This document shows positions 9,538 through 18,734 of a stretch of 64,000 nt of DNA, in pieces; the first letter of the stretch is position 1; each line of letters starts with the position of its first letter. The translations under genes and the position numbers were made by a program. Below the pieces are notes generated by a model. That model searched no databases and was not told where the DNA came from. It saw only the letters and a list, made by a program, of their open reading frames with translations. Source of the stretch: Candidatus Dormibacteria bacterium (GTDB taxonomy: Bacteria > Chloroflexota > Dormibacteria > Aeolococcales > Aeolococcaceae); the NCBI GenBank assembly GCA_049521435.1, contig JBEKOU010000003.1:174642-238641 (forward strand). The letters run 5' to 3'.

Positions 9538-10626
9538 ATGGCACTGAGCGTCGGCATCGTGGGCCTGCCCAACGCGGGCAAGTCGACGCTCTTCAACGCA
9601 CTGACCCATGCGGGAGCCCAGGTGGGCAACTACCCGTTCACCACCATCGAGCCCAACACCGGGGTGGTGGCGGTGCCCGACGAGCGGCTGGAACGGCTGG
9701 CCGCCATCTTCTCGCCGCCCCGGGTGATCCCGGCCTCGGTCACCTTCACCGATATCGCCGGCCTGGTGCGAGGGGCCAGCCAGGGCGAGGGCCTGGGCAA
9801 CCAGTTCCTCGGGCACATCCGCGAATGCGACGCCATCATCGTGGTGGCCCGCGGGTTCGAGGACCCCGACGTCATCCATGTGGAGGGCGCCGTCGACCCC
9901 GTCCGCGACCTCGATGTCGTCGAGCTTGAGCTCCAGCTCGCCGACCTGGAGACGGTGACCCGCCGCCTCGACAAGCGGGAGAAGACGGCCCGTCTCCAGA
10001 AGGAGAAGGCGGAGGAGGCCCTCCAGGTGATGCGCCGGGTCCAGGACCACCTCGACGCCGGTCGTCCGGTGCGCACCCTGGCGCTCTCGGAGGAGGAGCG
10101 TGGCCACCTCCATGACCTCTACCTGCTCACCTCCCATCCGCTGATCGTGGTCGTCAACGTCGGGGAGGACGACGCCGGCAAGCCTCCCCCCGACGCGGTC
10201 GTCGAGCTCGCCCGCCAGCACGGCGGCGATTGCCTGGCCATCTCCGCCCGGATCGAAGCCGAGATCGTCGAGCTTCCCGCGGCCGACCGTCGCGAGTTCC
10301 TGGCCTCCGTGGGGCTGCGGGAGCCCGGCCTCGACCGGCTGGCCCGCGAGGCCTACGGGCTCCTCGACCTGATCACCTTCTTCACCGCCGGGGAGAAGGA
10401 GGTGCGCGCCTGGACGCTGCAGCGCGGCGGCAGCGCCGTGGAGGCCGCCGGCGTCATCCACACCGATTTCGCCCGCGGCTTCATCCGTGCGGAGGTGGTC
10501 GGGGCCGAGGAGCTGATCGAGGGCGGGTCGTACCTCGCCGTCCGCGAGCAGGGTCGACAGCGGCTGGAGGGGAGGGACTATGTCGTCCAGGACGGCGATG
10601 TCGTCCACTTCCGATTCAATGTCTGA
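9538..10626 (+). CDS. ychF: ribosome-binding ATPase YchF (Obg-family GTPase)
   Basis: 'MALSVGIVGLPNAGKSTLFNALT...NYPFTTIEPNTGVV', with a C-terminal TGS-like region. Confidence 0.9.
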   Translation: MALSVGIVGLPNAGKSTLFNALTHAGAQVGNYPFTTIEPNTGVVAVPDERLERLAAIFSPPRVIPASVTFTDIAGLVRGASQGEGLGNQFLGHIRECDAIIVVARGFEDPDVIHVEGAVDPVRDLDVVELELQLADLETVTRRLDKREKTARLQKEKAEEALQVMRRVQDHLDAGRPVRTLALSEEERGHLHDLYLLTSHPLIVVVNVGEDDAGKPPPDAVVELARQHGGDCLAISARIEAEIVELPAADRREFLASVGLREPGLDRLAREAYGLLDLITFFTAGEKEVRAWTLQRGGSAVEAAGVIHTDFARGFIRAEVVGAEELIEGGSYLAVREQGRQRLEGRDYVVQDGDVVHFRFNV

Positions 10627-11689
10627 CCGCACCCTCGGCATCGTCGGTGTGGGCCTCATCGGCGGCTCCATCGGCATGGCGGCGCGCCGAGCCGGCTGGG
10701 AGGTGTCCGGCGTCGACGCGGACGTCATCCTGGAGCACGCGGTGGAGCTGGGGGCGATCGATCATCCGGCCCGGCTGGACGACGTCCGCGATGCGGAGAT
10801 GGTGGTCCTGGCCGCCCCGGTGTCCCGGATCACCGGTCTGCTCGCCGAGCTGGCGCCAACCGACGCGCTGGTGACCGACGTGGGCAGCGCCAAGGCGGCG
10901 ATCGTGCGCGGCGCCGCCGCGGCGGGGATCCAGCGCTTCGTCGGCGGGCATCCCATGGCGGGGAGTCAGCTGGGCGGGGTGGCCAATGCGAGCCCCGACC
11001 TCTTCCGGGGAGCGCGCTACCTGATCACCCCGACCGGGGACACGCTGCCCGAGGCGTACGCGCGAGTCACCCAGTTTGTCCGCGACGACCTCGGCGCGGT
11101 GCCGACCGCCGTGGACCCGGAGCGGCACGACAGGCTCGTGGCCGCGCTCTCGCATCTCCCCCACCTCCTGGCGGTGGCGCTCCTGGAGGTCACCTCCGGC
11201 ATCTCCCCCGACGCGCTCTCCTTCGCCGGCCCTTCCTTTCGCGACCTGACCCGTGTCGGTGCCGCGAATCCCACCCTCTGGGCGGACATCCTGGCGGAGA
11301 ACGCAGGTGCCATCCAGGAGGTGCTCGGGTCCTTCAGCGATGCCATGCGCCGGCTCGGCGGCGACATCGACGACCGCCCCGCCACCGAGCGCCACTTCAG
11401 CGAGGCGGGTGCCGCCTACCAGACGCTGGGCGGCTTCCTCATCGAGCAGACCGGGCACAACGTCGACATCGCCGTGCCGATCGAGAACCGGCCACGGGTG
11501 CTCGCCCAGGTCACCACCCTGATGGGGTCCAACGACATCAACATCCTCGACCTCTACATGCAGCACTCGGACACCCGCCACGCGGCCCTGGTCCTCACCA
11601 TCGACGCCGCCTCGATCGATCGCGCACTCGGGCTGCTGCGGGAAGCGGGATTCCACGCCGAGCCCCTGGTCACCGGCCAGGCCGACTAA
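10619..11689 (+). CDS. tyrA: prephenate dehydrogenase with C-terminal ACT domain
   Basis: ATG at 10619 (MSDRTLGIVGVGLIGGSIGMAARRAG...). The 8-nt overlap with ychF suggests translational coupling. Confidence 0.8.
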   Translation: MSDRTLGIVGVGLIGGSIGMAARRAGWEVSGVDADVILEHAVELGAIDHPARLDDVRDAEMVVLAAPVSRITGLLAELAPTDALVTDVGSAKAAIVRGAAAAGIQRFVGGHPMAGSQLGGVANASPDLFRGARYLITPTGDTLPEAYARVTQFVRDDLGAVPTAVDPERHDRLVAALSHLPHLLAVALLEVTSGISPDALSFAGPSFRDLTRVGAANPTLWADILAENAGAIQEVLGSFSDAMRRLGGDIDDRPATERHFSEAGAAYQTLGGFLIEQTGHNVDIAVPIENRPRVLAQVTTLMGSNDINILDLYMQHSDTRHAALVLTIDAASIDRALGLLREAGFHAEPLVTGQAD

Positions 11690-12693
11690 CCCGCCGCCTC
11701 GGTCGCCTCGGAGGCAAGACGGAACTCGGACATCCCCGCCGTCCTCACCACATCGTGGCGCTTGAGGAAGTTGAGACAGGTCACGGCGACGACGAGGATC
11801 ACCGCCCCCACGATCTCGAGCGGCCGCAGCGGCGTCCCGAATCCAACCGGCGTGGGCAGCGAGAAGATGAGGAAGAGGGCGGCCGGATACCCCAGCTCGG
11901 CGAAGCTCGAGATCGAGGCGGGGGTGCTGGAGAGGGCGCGGTAGTAGAGGACCATGGCGATCAAACCGGGGATCAGGGCGATGCCGAGGAAGCTGGGCAG
12001 CTGACCGACCGAGTACTGGGTCAAGCCGGCCAGGCCGCGGTCGGTGAGCATGAGCACCAGCAGGACCGGCAGGGCGAGGGCGAAGCGCATGGCCGAGGTA
12101 CTTGTGAATGAGACATCGGCGAGCGCGTACCGCCCGAGCACCGTGCCCGCCGCCCAGAGGATCACCGCCCCGAGGACGAAGAGAGCGGCCATCAGCTCGG
12201 CGCGCGGTGCGGTCGGGTTGGTGGAGAAGACGATGAGGGCGGCGCCGCCGAGGGCGAGGCTGGCCAGCGGCCAGAAGAACGGCCGGCGGCGCTCGCGGAG
12301 GAAGAGCCAGGCCAGGGTCACCCCGAAGACCGGCTGGAGCAGGTAGAGGAGATAGACCTCGGAGAGGACGCCGGGGCTGGTGGCGTAGGTGAGCGAGCGG
12401 GTGAAGAGGACGGTCGCGAACGCCTGGGGGCCGGCGGCGATGACGGCCAGGGTCAGCCAGGTCCGCCAGGAGGCGACCCGCAGCTCGCGCACCACCCGCC
12501 CCATGACGGGGATGAAGCAGAGGCTGATGAGCAGGTCCTCGACCAGTACGATCTGGCTGGCCGAGAGCTGCTTGGCCAGGGCGGGCCGGAAGTAGGCGTC
12601 CGCGGCCCAGAGGGCTGCCGCCAGGGTTATGAAGAGGGCCGAATAACGGTCGATCAGCCCCGTCCGCTCTGCCGGACGCGCCTGGAGGGTCAT
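11686..12693 (-). CDS. EamA/DMT-family transporter
   Basis: ATG at 12693 (MTLQARP...). About 10 predicted TM helices arranged as two EamA-like halves. It overlaps the tyrA stop, and the two genes converge. Confidence 0.7.
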   Translation of the reverse strand: MTLQARPAERTGLIDRYSALFITLAAALWAADAYFRPALAKQLSASQIVLVEDLLISLCFIPVMGRVVRELRVASWRTWLTLAVIAAGPQAFATVLFTRSLTYATSPGVLSEVYLLYLLQPVFGVTLAWLFLRERRRPFFWPLASLALGGAALIVFSTNPTAPRAELMAALFVLGAVILWAAGTVLGRYALADVSFTSTSAMRFALALPVLLVLMLTDRGLAGLTQYSVGQLPSFLGIALIPGLIAMVLYYRALSSTPASISSFAELGYPAALFLIFSLPTPVGFGTPLRPLEIVGAVILVVAVTCLNFLKRHDVVRTAGMSEFRLASEATEAAG

Positions 12694-12765
12694 CTCACAT
12701 CGAGGGTACCAGGGGCGCCCGCTTCCTCCGGGGCGTGGGCCGGGTGCCGGGTGCAACTGCCAGAG

Positions 12766-12939
12766 GCTCCGTCGCCCCTGGTATTCGTTGCACGTACCAC
12801 GGGGTCCTACGCTCGACGCTCAAGCCTGTGGCTTGGCGCCTTCGCTCCGTCGCCCCTGGTATTCGTTGCACGTACCAGGGGGTCCTACGCTCGACGCTCA
12901 AGCCTGCGGCTTGGCGCCTTCGCTCCGTCGCCCCTGGTA
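12766..12939. repeat. 78-bp tandem direct repeat, about 2.2 copies, in a divergent intergenic region
   Basis: The unit is gctccgtcgcccctggtattcgttgcacgtaccacggggtcctacgctcgacgctcaagcctgtggcttggcgccttc, starting at 12766. Copy 2 starts at 12844 with 2 mismatches. A third, partial copy starts at 12922. Each unit holds two hairpins: CCCCTGGTA-n11-TACCAGGGG and CAAGCC-tgt-GGCTTG. Confidence 0.85.
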
Positions 12940-12956
12940 CGCTTCGCGGCTGAAAC

Positions 12957-13418
12957 ATGGCCAAGAAGACCCGGAAGCAGAAGCAGCGCACCGCCACCCG
13001 CCGTCCGGTGGGTGCGGCACCGGCGCGTCCGGTCGCCGGTCCCGCCACCACGCCGCTCGCCGGCGGGGCGAGCCGGACGTTCGTAGACGCCGTCGACGAG
13101 GAGGTCCCGGCTCGAGCGACTCCGGTCGCGGCGGGCGCCGGGAGGCCGGTGGAGATCACCCGACGCCGCGTCGAGCGCGTGACCCCGGCATCCGCGTCGA
13201 GCATCGCCGCGAGCCGGCAGCAGCGCGCCTCCGCCAAGAGTGCCCGCTTCGGGACGGCGGCGGCGCTGGTCGACCCCTTGGACAGCGACGATCCGGCGAT
13301 CCCCTTCGACCGGGTCCCCTACGTCCCATCCGACCTCCGACGGGTGGCGATGATCGCCACTCTCATGGTGGTCCTCATCCTGATCGCCTGGGCCATCGTC
13401 AGCAAAGTCGTCGACTGA
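12957..13418 (+). CDS. hypothetical basic protein with a single C-terminal TM helix (tail-anchored topology)
   Basis: 'MAKKTRKQKQRTATRR...' gives a basic N-terminus. The only hydrophobic stretch, 'VAMIATLMVVLILIAWAIV', lies 6 residues from the C-terminus. Confidence 0.5.
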   Translation: MAKKTRKQKQRTATRRPVGAAPARPVAGPATTPLAGGASRTFVDAVDEEVPARATPVAAGAGRPVEITRRRVERVTPASASSIAASRQQRASAKSARFGTAAALVDPLDSDDPAIPFDRVPYVPSDLRRVAMIATLMVVLILIAWAIVSKVVD

Positions 13419-13436
13419 GGTCGGGGGGCTGCGCGG

Positions 13437-14609
13437 ATGCGTGTGATCCTCTACACGGGGAAGGGCGGGGTCGGCAAGACGACGGTGGCCGCCGCCACCG
13501 CGGTGCGCTGCGCCGAGCTCGGTCAGCGGACGCTGGTGATCAGCACCGATGCCGCGCACAGCCTCGGAGACTCGCTGGAGTTCCCACTCGGCGAGGACCC
13601 CAAGAGGGTCGCGACCAACCTCTGGGCCCAGGAGGTCAACGCCCTGCACCAGCTGGAGAGCCACTGGGACCGGATCCGCATCTACCTCAGCTCGCTCTTC
13701 TCCTCCCAGGGTGTCGACGATATCGTGGCCGAGGAGCTGGCGTCGCCGCCGGGGATGGAGGAGATCGCCTCCCTGATGCAGATCCGCCACCACAAGGCCG
13801 AGGGCAAGTACGACACCCTGATCGTCGACTGCGCCCCCACCGGCGAGACGCTCCAGCTGCTCGCCTTCCCGGACGTGGCCCGCTGGTACCTGCAGCGGCT
13901 CTTCCCCGCCTCGCGGGCAGTGATGAAGGTGGCCCGGCCGGTGGTGCAGCCCTTCGTCTCGATTCCGCTCCCCCCGGACGAGATATTCGTTCACATCAAG
14001 AGGCTGCTGCTCGACCTGGAGGGGATGAAGAGCATCCTGGGCGACCCCAAGACCTGCACGGTCCGCCTGGTCCTCAACCTCGAGAAGATGGTCCTCAAGG
14101 AGGCCCAGCGCGCCTTCACCTACCTCAGCCTGTACGACTACCTCACCGACCTGGTGGTGGTGAACAGGGTGCTGCCGCCTGAGGTGACCGACAGCTACTT
14201 CGCGTCCTGGCGGGAGATCCAGGGCCGGTACAACGAGTCCGTGGAGTCGCTCTTCGACCCCATCCCGATCCGCCGGTCCAAGCTCTTCGACCACGAGATC
14301 GTCGGGCTCGAAGGCCTGCGGGAGCTGGCCGGCGCGGTCTTCGGTGACGAGGACCCAGCTCGGGTCTACTACCACTCCGTGCCTCAGCGGCTGCGGCGAG
14401 TGAACGGGCGCTACGAGCTGCAGCTCCAGCTCCCCTTCGTCTCCAAGGAGGAGGTCGACGTCCGTCACAACGAGGGAGAGCTGTACGTCACCGTGGGCGC
14501 CTACAAACGGGAGATCTCACTGCCCCGCATCCTCAACGGTAAGCAGGTGAGCAGGGCGCGGCTCGACGACGGCCTGCTGCGCGTCACGTTCACCGATAGC
14601 CAGAAATGA
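13437..14609 (+). CDS. ArsA/Get3-family P-loop ATPase fused to a C-terminal Hsp20/alpha-crystallin-like domain
   Basis: Deviant Walker A 'YTGKGGVGKTTVAAATA'. ArsA/Get3 signature 'DCAPTGETLQLLAFP'. The C-terminal 100 aa, 'YELQLQLPFVSKEEVDVRHNEGELYVTVGAYKREISLP...RVTFTD', are beta-rich and Hsp20-like. Confidence 0.8.
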   Translation: MRVILYTGKGGVGKTTVAAATAVRCAELGQRTLVISTDAAHSLGDSLEFPLGEDPKRVATNLWAQEVNALHQLESHWDRIRIYLSSLFSSQGVDDIVAEELASPPGMEEIASLMQIRHHKAEGKYDTLIVDCAPTGETLQLLAFPDVARWYLQRLFPASRAVMKVARPVVQPFVSIPLPPDEIFVHIKRLLLDLEGMKSILGDPKTCTVRLVLNLEKMVLKEAQRAFTYLSLYDYLTDLVVVNRVLPPEVTDSYFASWREIQGRYNESVESLFDPIPIRRSKLFDHEIVGLEGLRELAGAVFGDEDPARVYYHSVPQRLRRVNGRYELQLQLPFVSKEEVDVRHNEGELYVTVGAYKREISLPRILNGKQVSRARLDDGLLRVTFTDSQK

Positions 14610-14637
14610 GCGACCTGCCTTCGGAGGAATCGAGAAG

Positions 14638-14877
14638 ATGAGTGACAGCCCCAACCCGATCCCGCTCTGGCTCCTCGAGGAGGCCGGCCGCCGGCTCGGC
14701 AAGCTGGTGCCCCCGGAGGCGGTGTCGCACTTCATCAACGCCCAGCGGGAGGTGGTGCTCGGCATCACGGCGCTTCTCGAGAACGGCAACCCGCCGGCGA
14801 GCACCAGCTCCCGGGGACGCCGTGTCCCCACGACCCAGGTCCGGTCCAGACGACCCCGCCGCGTCATCGTCGATTGA
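14638..14877 (+). CDS. hypothetical 79-aa protein (uncertain)
   Basis: ORF directly downstream of the ATPase. It overlaps the alternative frame that contains the NUDIX gene, and it has no recognisable motif. Confidence 0.3.
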   Translation: MSDSPNPIPLWLLEEAGRRLGKLVPPEAVSHFINAQREVVLGITALLENGNPPASTSSRGRRVPTTQVRSRRPRRVIVD

Positions 14878-15055
14878 GTCGCGCGGGGCCCCCGCATCGA
14901 GGCGACGGTGCAGCGGGGGAATCGGGCACCCCGGTGACGGGTGCCCAGCCGAGCGGGAGGCCGGCAGCCTGGTGAGCCGGCGTGAAACGTCCAGCACCCA
15001 CCTGGCGCGGATCCTCTTCCACGACCGGCCTCCGCGCCATCCGCTCGCGACGCTC

Positions 15056-15559
15056 ATGGTCGACGGCCAGGCCAGGCCGGTCGGCGGTGCCCAGCTCGCC
15101 ATCCTCCACCGGGGTCGGGTGCTCCTGCAGCTCCGTCCCTGGCCGCCCGGATGGGAGCTGCCCGGCGGGCACTGCGAACTCGACGAGGACCCGGCCGTCA
15201 CCGCGGCGCGCGAGGCCGAGGAGGAGACCGGTCACTCCGTGCGAGTGCTGAGCCTGGTCGGCGTCTACACCTGGGAGGGGCTGCGCAGCGCCGGGGACGC
15301 CGTCTTCCTGGGAGAGATCACGGGTGGCCGGGCCCGGCGGAGCATCGAGGCCTGGTCGGTCCGCCTCTTCTCCCCCGACGCGCTGCCGAGAACGGTCTTC
15401 CCCTGGTGCCGGGAACGGATCCACGACGCGGTGGCGTGCAGCCAGGGAGCCGCACCCGTCCATCGCGTCCAGCCGGTGACGATGCGCCACGTGATGAACT
15501 TCGGGACCAGCTGGCTCCAGACCCCGGTCGATGCCCTGACGCGACGGCGGCGGCGGTGA
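15056..15559 (+). CDS. NUDIX hydrolase
   Basis: Nudix box 'LPGGHCELDEDPAVTAAREAEEETG'. ATG at 15056. A GTG at 14972 in the same frame is an alternative start. Confidence 0.75.
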   Translation: MVDGQARPVGGAQLAILHRGRVLLQLRPWPPGWELPGGHCELDEDPAVTAAREAEEETGHSVRVLSLVGVYTWEGLRSAGDAVFLGEITGGRARRSIEAWSVRLFSPDALPRTVFPWCRERIHDAVACSQGAAPVHRVQPVTMRHVMNFGTSWLQTPVDALTRRRRR

Positions 15560-16539
15560 CCGCCCTCCTCTTCCTGGGCGCCCTGGCGCTGATCGCCGCG
15601 GCGTCCGAGCTGTTCACCAATGCGGTCGAATGGGCCGGCCACCTCCTCCACCTCGGATCTGGAGCGACCGGCAGCCTTCTCGCGGCTCTGGGGACAGCGC
15701 TCCCCGAGACTATGGTCGTGGTGGTGGCCCTGGTCGGCGGCTCCTCGGACTCGGGCCAGATCGCCATCGGTGCCGTGCTCGGATCCTCGTTTCTGCTCCT
15801 CACCCTCGGGGGGGCGATCACCGGGGCGGCGCTGCTGACCCGGGCCGGCGCCCACCACCTCCAGGTGGAGCCGGTCCAGATCCGGCGCGACCTCGGGGTC
15901 TTCCTGAGCGCCTTCGGCTGTGCGGTGGCCTCGACCCTGCTCTCACGGCCGGAACGGGTGGTGATCGGAGTGCTCCTCCTGCTCCTCTACGCCGGGTACG
16001 CGCGGGCCACACTGGGCGAGCGGACGGCCGACGAGGACGCACCCGAGCCGCTGCACTTCATCCGCTGGCGGGCGGGCCCGCCGCCCTGGACGGTGGTGAC
16101 GGCCCAGCTCCTGACCGGCGCGATCCTGCTCGCGGTCGGGTCGGGGCTGTTCGTCGGCGCCATCCACTCGGCGGCGACCAGCCTCGGCCTCAGCGCCCTG
16201 CTGGTGGCGGTGGTCGCCGTCCCGTTCGCGACCGAGCTTCCCGAGTGCCTCAACAGCGTGCTCTGGGTCAGGAGCGGCGACGACGGTCTGGCCATCGGCA
16301 ATGTGGCCGGCGCGGCGGCCTTCCAGGCCTGCATCCTCGGCTTTGTCGGTATCAGCTTCACCACCTGGGAGCTGGGTACCGCCGGCCTGCTGAGCGCCGC
16401 CTGCGCCTTCGCGACGGGCCTCTACCTGCTCGGCCTGCTCCGCGGCGGTCGCGCTCACGGCGGCTGGCTGGTCGTGGCCGCCCTCCCCTGGCTCGGTTTC
16501 GTGGTCGCCGAGCTGGCCCTCTCCGGCCGCCTAGGGTGA
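15556..16539 (+). CDS. CaCA-family cation/Ca2+ exchanger (YrbG-like)
   Basis: Two alpha-repeat regions: 'GSLLAALGTALPETMVVVVALVGG' and 'LLVAVVAVPFATELPECLNSVLWVRSG'. The GTG at 15556 overlaps the NUDIX stop. Confidence 0.7.
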   Translation: MTALLFLGALALIAAASELFTNAVEWAGHLLHLGSGATGSLLAALGTALPETMVVVVALVGGSSDSGQIAIGAVLGSSFLLLTLGGAITGAALLTRAGAHHLQVEPVQIRRDLGVFLSAFGCAVASTLLSRPERVVIGVLLLLLYAGYARATLGERTADEDAPEPLHFIRWRAGPPPWTVVTAQLLTGAILLAVGSGLFVGAIHSAATSLGLSALLVAVVAVPFATELPECLNSVLWVRSGDDGLAIGNVAGAAAFQACILGFVGISFTTWELGTAGLLSAACAFATGLYLLGLLRGGRAHGGWLVVAALPWLGFVVAELALSGRLG

Positions 16540-16557
16540 GCGGATGAGGCGGGGTAG

Positions 16558-18696
16558 GTGACGGGAGAGGAGGCGGGGCGGGCGCCGAGCGCGGCGGCCC
16601 TCAGAGTGGCCCACGACGTCTTCGGGCTGTCCGCGCTGCGCCCCGGTCAGGCAGAGGTCATCGCCGCCGCCGAGGGCGGGCGGGACGTCCTCTTCGTCGC
16701 CCCCACCGGCTCCGGCAAGAGCGTCGCCTACTGGGTCCCGGCCCTCGCGTCACCCGGGCTCACCCTGGTGGTCTCCCCCCTCATCGCTCTGATGACCGAC
16801 CAGGTCATCCGCCTCCGGCGGGCGGGCGTGGCCGCGGCCGCGATCCACTCCCAGATGGAGGTCGGGGAGCAGCGTGAGGCGCTCGCGGCGGCGCTCGACG
16901 GCCGGCTGCGGTTCCTCTACGTCGCCCCCGAACGCCTCGCCACCCCGAGCTTCGAGGAACGCCTCGCCCAGCTGGGAGTCACCCGGTTCGTCGTCGACGA
17001 GGCCCACTGCATCTCCAGCTGGGGAAACGACTTCCGCCAGGAATACCGCCGGCTGGCCGGGGCGGTGACAGCCTGCGGGCGGCCCCCGGTGACCGCGGTC
17101 ACCGCCACCGCCACCCCCCAGGTCCGTGAGGACATCAGCAGGAACCTGGCGCTGCGGAAACCATTCACCGTGGTGACCGGATTTGTCCGCATTGGACTCA
17201 CCCTCGAGGTGCAACGGTGTCGCCAGGGTGCCGAGAAGCTGCGGGCGGTGGCGCGGGCCGTTGCCGAGGTGCCGGGCCGGGCCCTCGTCTACTGCGGCCG
17301 GATCCGCGACTGCGAGGAGACGGCGGTGGCGCTCCGGGCGGACGGGGTCGCCGCCGCCGCCTACCACGGCGGGCTGGACGGCCCGGTGCGGAGTCGTGTC
17401 CAGACGGCGTTCACCGAGGGCGGGCTCCGGGTGGTGGTGGCGACCTCCGCCTTCGGGATGGGGGTGGACATCCCCGACATCCGCCAGGTCATCCACCGTG
17501 ACTTCCCCGCATGCCTGGAGGACTACCACCAGGCGGCGGGCCGCGCTGGGCGGGACGGCCTGCCCGCCCGCTGCCTGCTCCTCTACAACCCTGCCGACCG
17601 CGGCCTCCAGGAGCTGTTCATCGCCCAGTCGTACCCGGAGAGGGAGGTGGTGCGCGAGGTCTACCGGGCGCTGCTCCGGGCCGGTCGCTGGGACCTGCCG
17701 GAGCCGGCGGGGCTCGTCCCGAACCTTGACCGCCGGGCCGTGGAGGCGTCGGTGCGGCTGCTCGAGAACGCGGGTGCCCTGCTCCCGGGTGGGGAGGTCC
17801 GCCGTCTCACCGGAGCGCCGGTCGACTTCGAGGAACGGCGGCGCCTGAGGGAGGCTGCCCTCGCCCGGCTCGACCAGATGATGGCGTACGCCACCTCGCG
17901 GGAGTGCCGCCACGCTCGCATCGCCGACTATTTCGGCGAGCAGGGGGTGGCGCGCAGCTGCTCCGCCTGCGACAACTGCCTCTCCCCGCGCCCCGCCGAG
18001 CGGCCCGTCCCCGAATCGGCGGTGCGGGCGGCGCTCCGCGGCGTTGCCCGGTTCGACGGCCATCTCGGGGGCACCCGGCTGGCCGCTGTGCTCCGCGGCG
18101 CGGACTCGGCTTGGAACAGGGACCGGCCCTGGGTGCGGGAGCTGGACTTCTTCGGTGCCCTGGCGGGTTGGGAGGAGGCGGCGGTCCGGGAGCTGCTCGT
18201 GAAGCTGGTGGAGCGGGAGCTGGTCCTCCGCGGCCACGGGGAGCGGCCGACGCTCGGGCTGGCGCCGGCCGGGCGGGCGGTGCTGCGCGGGGAGCGGGAG
18301 GTGACCGTGTCCATCCCCGGATCGTCGCGGGCCTCCCGGCCGGAGGGGCCGCCCTCATCGGGCCACCGCGCCGGGCGGCGGCCGGTGGCGACGCCGGCCG
18401 CCGTCGGGTCGAGAGCTGCCACGGGGGACCAGCCGGAGGCACCCGGGCAGCTGCGCTTCGAACTTCTCCGGCGCTGGCGACTGGGACTGGCGCGGGCGGA
18501 GGCGCGCGCCGCGTTCACGATCTTTGACGACAGGACCCTCCGCGAGATCGCGGAGCGGGACCCGGGTTCGGTGGCCGACCTCCTCCAGGTGCACGGCGTC
18601 GGTGCAGCGAAGGCGTCGCGCTACGGGGACGCGGTCATCGGTGTCTTGCGCGACACCGGACGATCCGCTGACGCCTTGCCGGCTCGGCCAGATTGA
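16558..18696 (+). CDS. recQ: ATP-dependent DNA helicase RecQ, with C-terminal HRDC region
   Basis: 'LRPGQAEVIAAAEGGRDVLFVAPTGSGKSVAYWVPAL...DEAHCISSWGNDFR', and a zinc-binding / winged-helix region. GTG start at 16558. Confidence 0.9.
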   Translation: MTGEEAGRAPSAAALRVAHDVFGLSALRPGQAEVIAAAEGGRDVLFVAPTGSGKSVAYWVPALASPGLTLVVSPLIALMTDQVIRLRRAGVAAAAIHSQMEVGEQREALAAALDGRLRFLYVAPERLATPSFEERLAQLGVTRFVVDEAHCISSWGNDFRQEYRRLAGAVTACGRPPVTAVTATATPQVREDISRNLALRKPFTVVTGFVRIGLTLEVQRCRQGAEKLRAVARAVAEVPGRALVYCGRIRDCEETAVALRADGVAAAAYHGGLDGPVRSRVQTAFTEGGLRVVVATSAFGMGVDIPDIRQVIHRDFPACLEDYHQAAGRAGRDGLPARCLLLYNPADRGLQELFIAQSYPEREVVREVYRALLRAGRWDLPEPAGLVPNLDRRAVEASVRLLENAGALLPGGEVRRLTGAPVDFEERRRLREAALARLDQMMAYATSRECRHARIADYFGEQGVARSCSACDNCLSPRPAERPVPESAVRAALRGVARFDGHLGGTRLAAVLRGADSAWNRDRPWVRELDFFGALAGWEEAAVRELLVKLVERELVLRGHGERPTLGLAPAGRAVLRGEREVTVSIPGSSRASRPEGPPSSGHRAGRRPVATPAAVGSRAATGDQPEAPGQLRFELLRRWRLGLARAEARAAFTIFDDRTLREIAERDPGSVADLLQVHGVGAAKASRYGDAVIGVLRDTGRSADALPARPD

Positions 18697-18734
18697 CAGC
18701 GGACGGCATCACGCCGCGGAAGAGAGGAGAGAGG

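Noticed and set aside
12766-12939. The possibility that the 78-bp repeat is a CRISPR array.
   Set aside because: The units abut directly with no spacers. There are only about 2.2 copies. No cas genes are nearby.
12735-13086. ORFs 12735..12953 and 12751..13086, which span the 78-bp tandem repeat and encode repeated peptide 'APSPLVFVARTTGSYARRSSL'.
   Set aside because: The reading frames are a by-product of the DNA repeat. There is no start or RBS context. The region behaves like a structured non-coding element.
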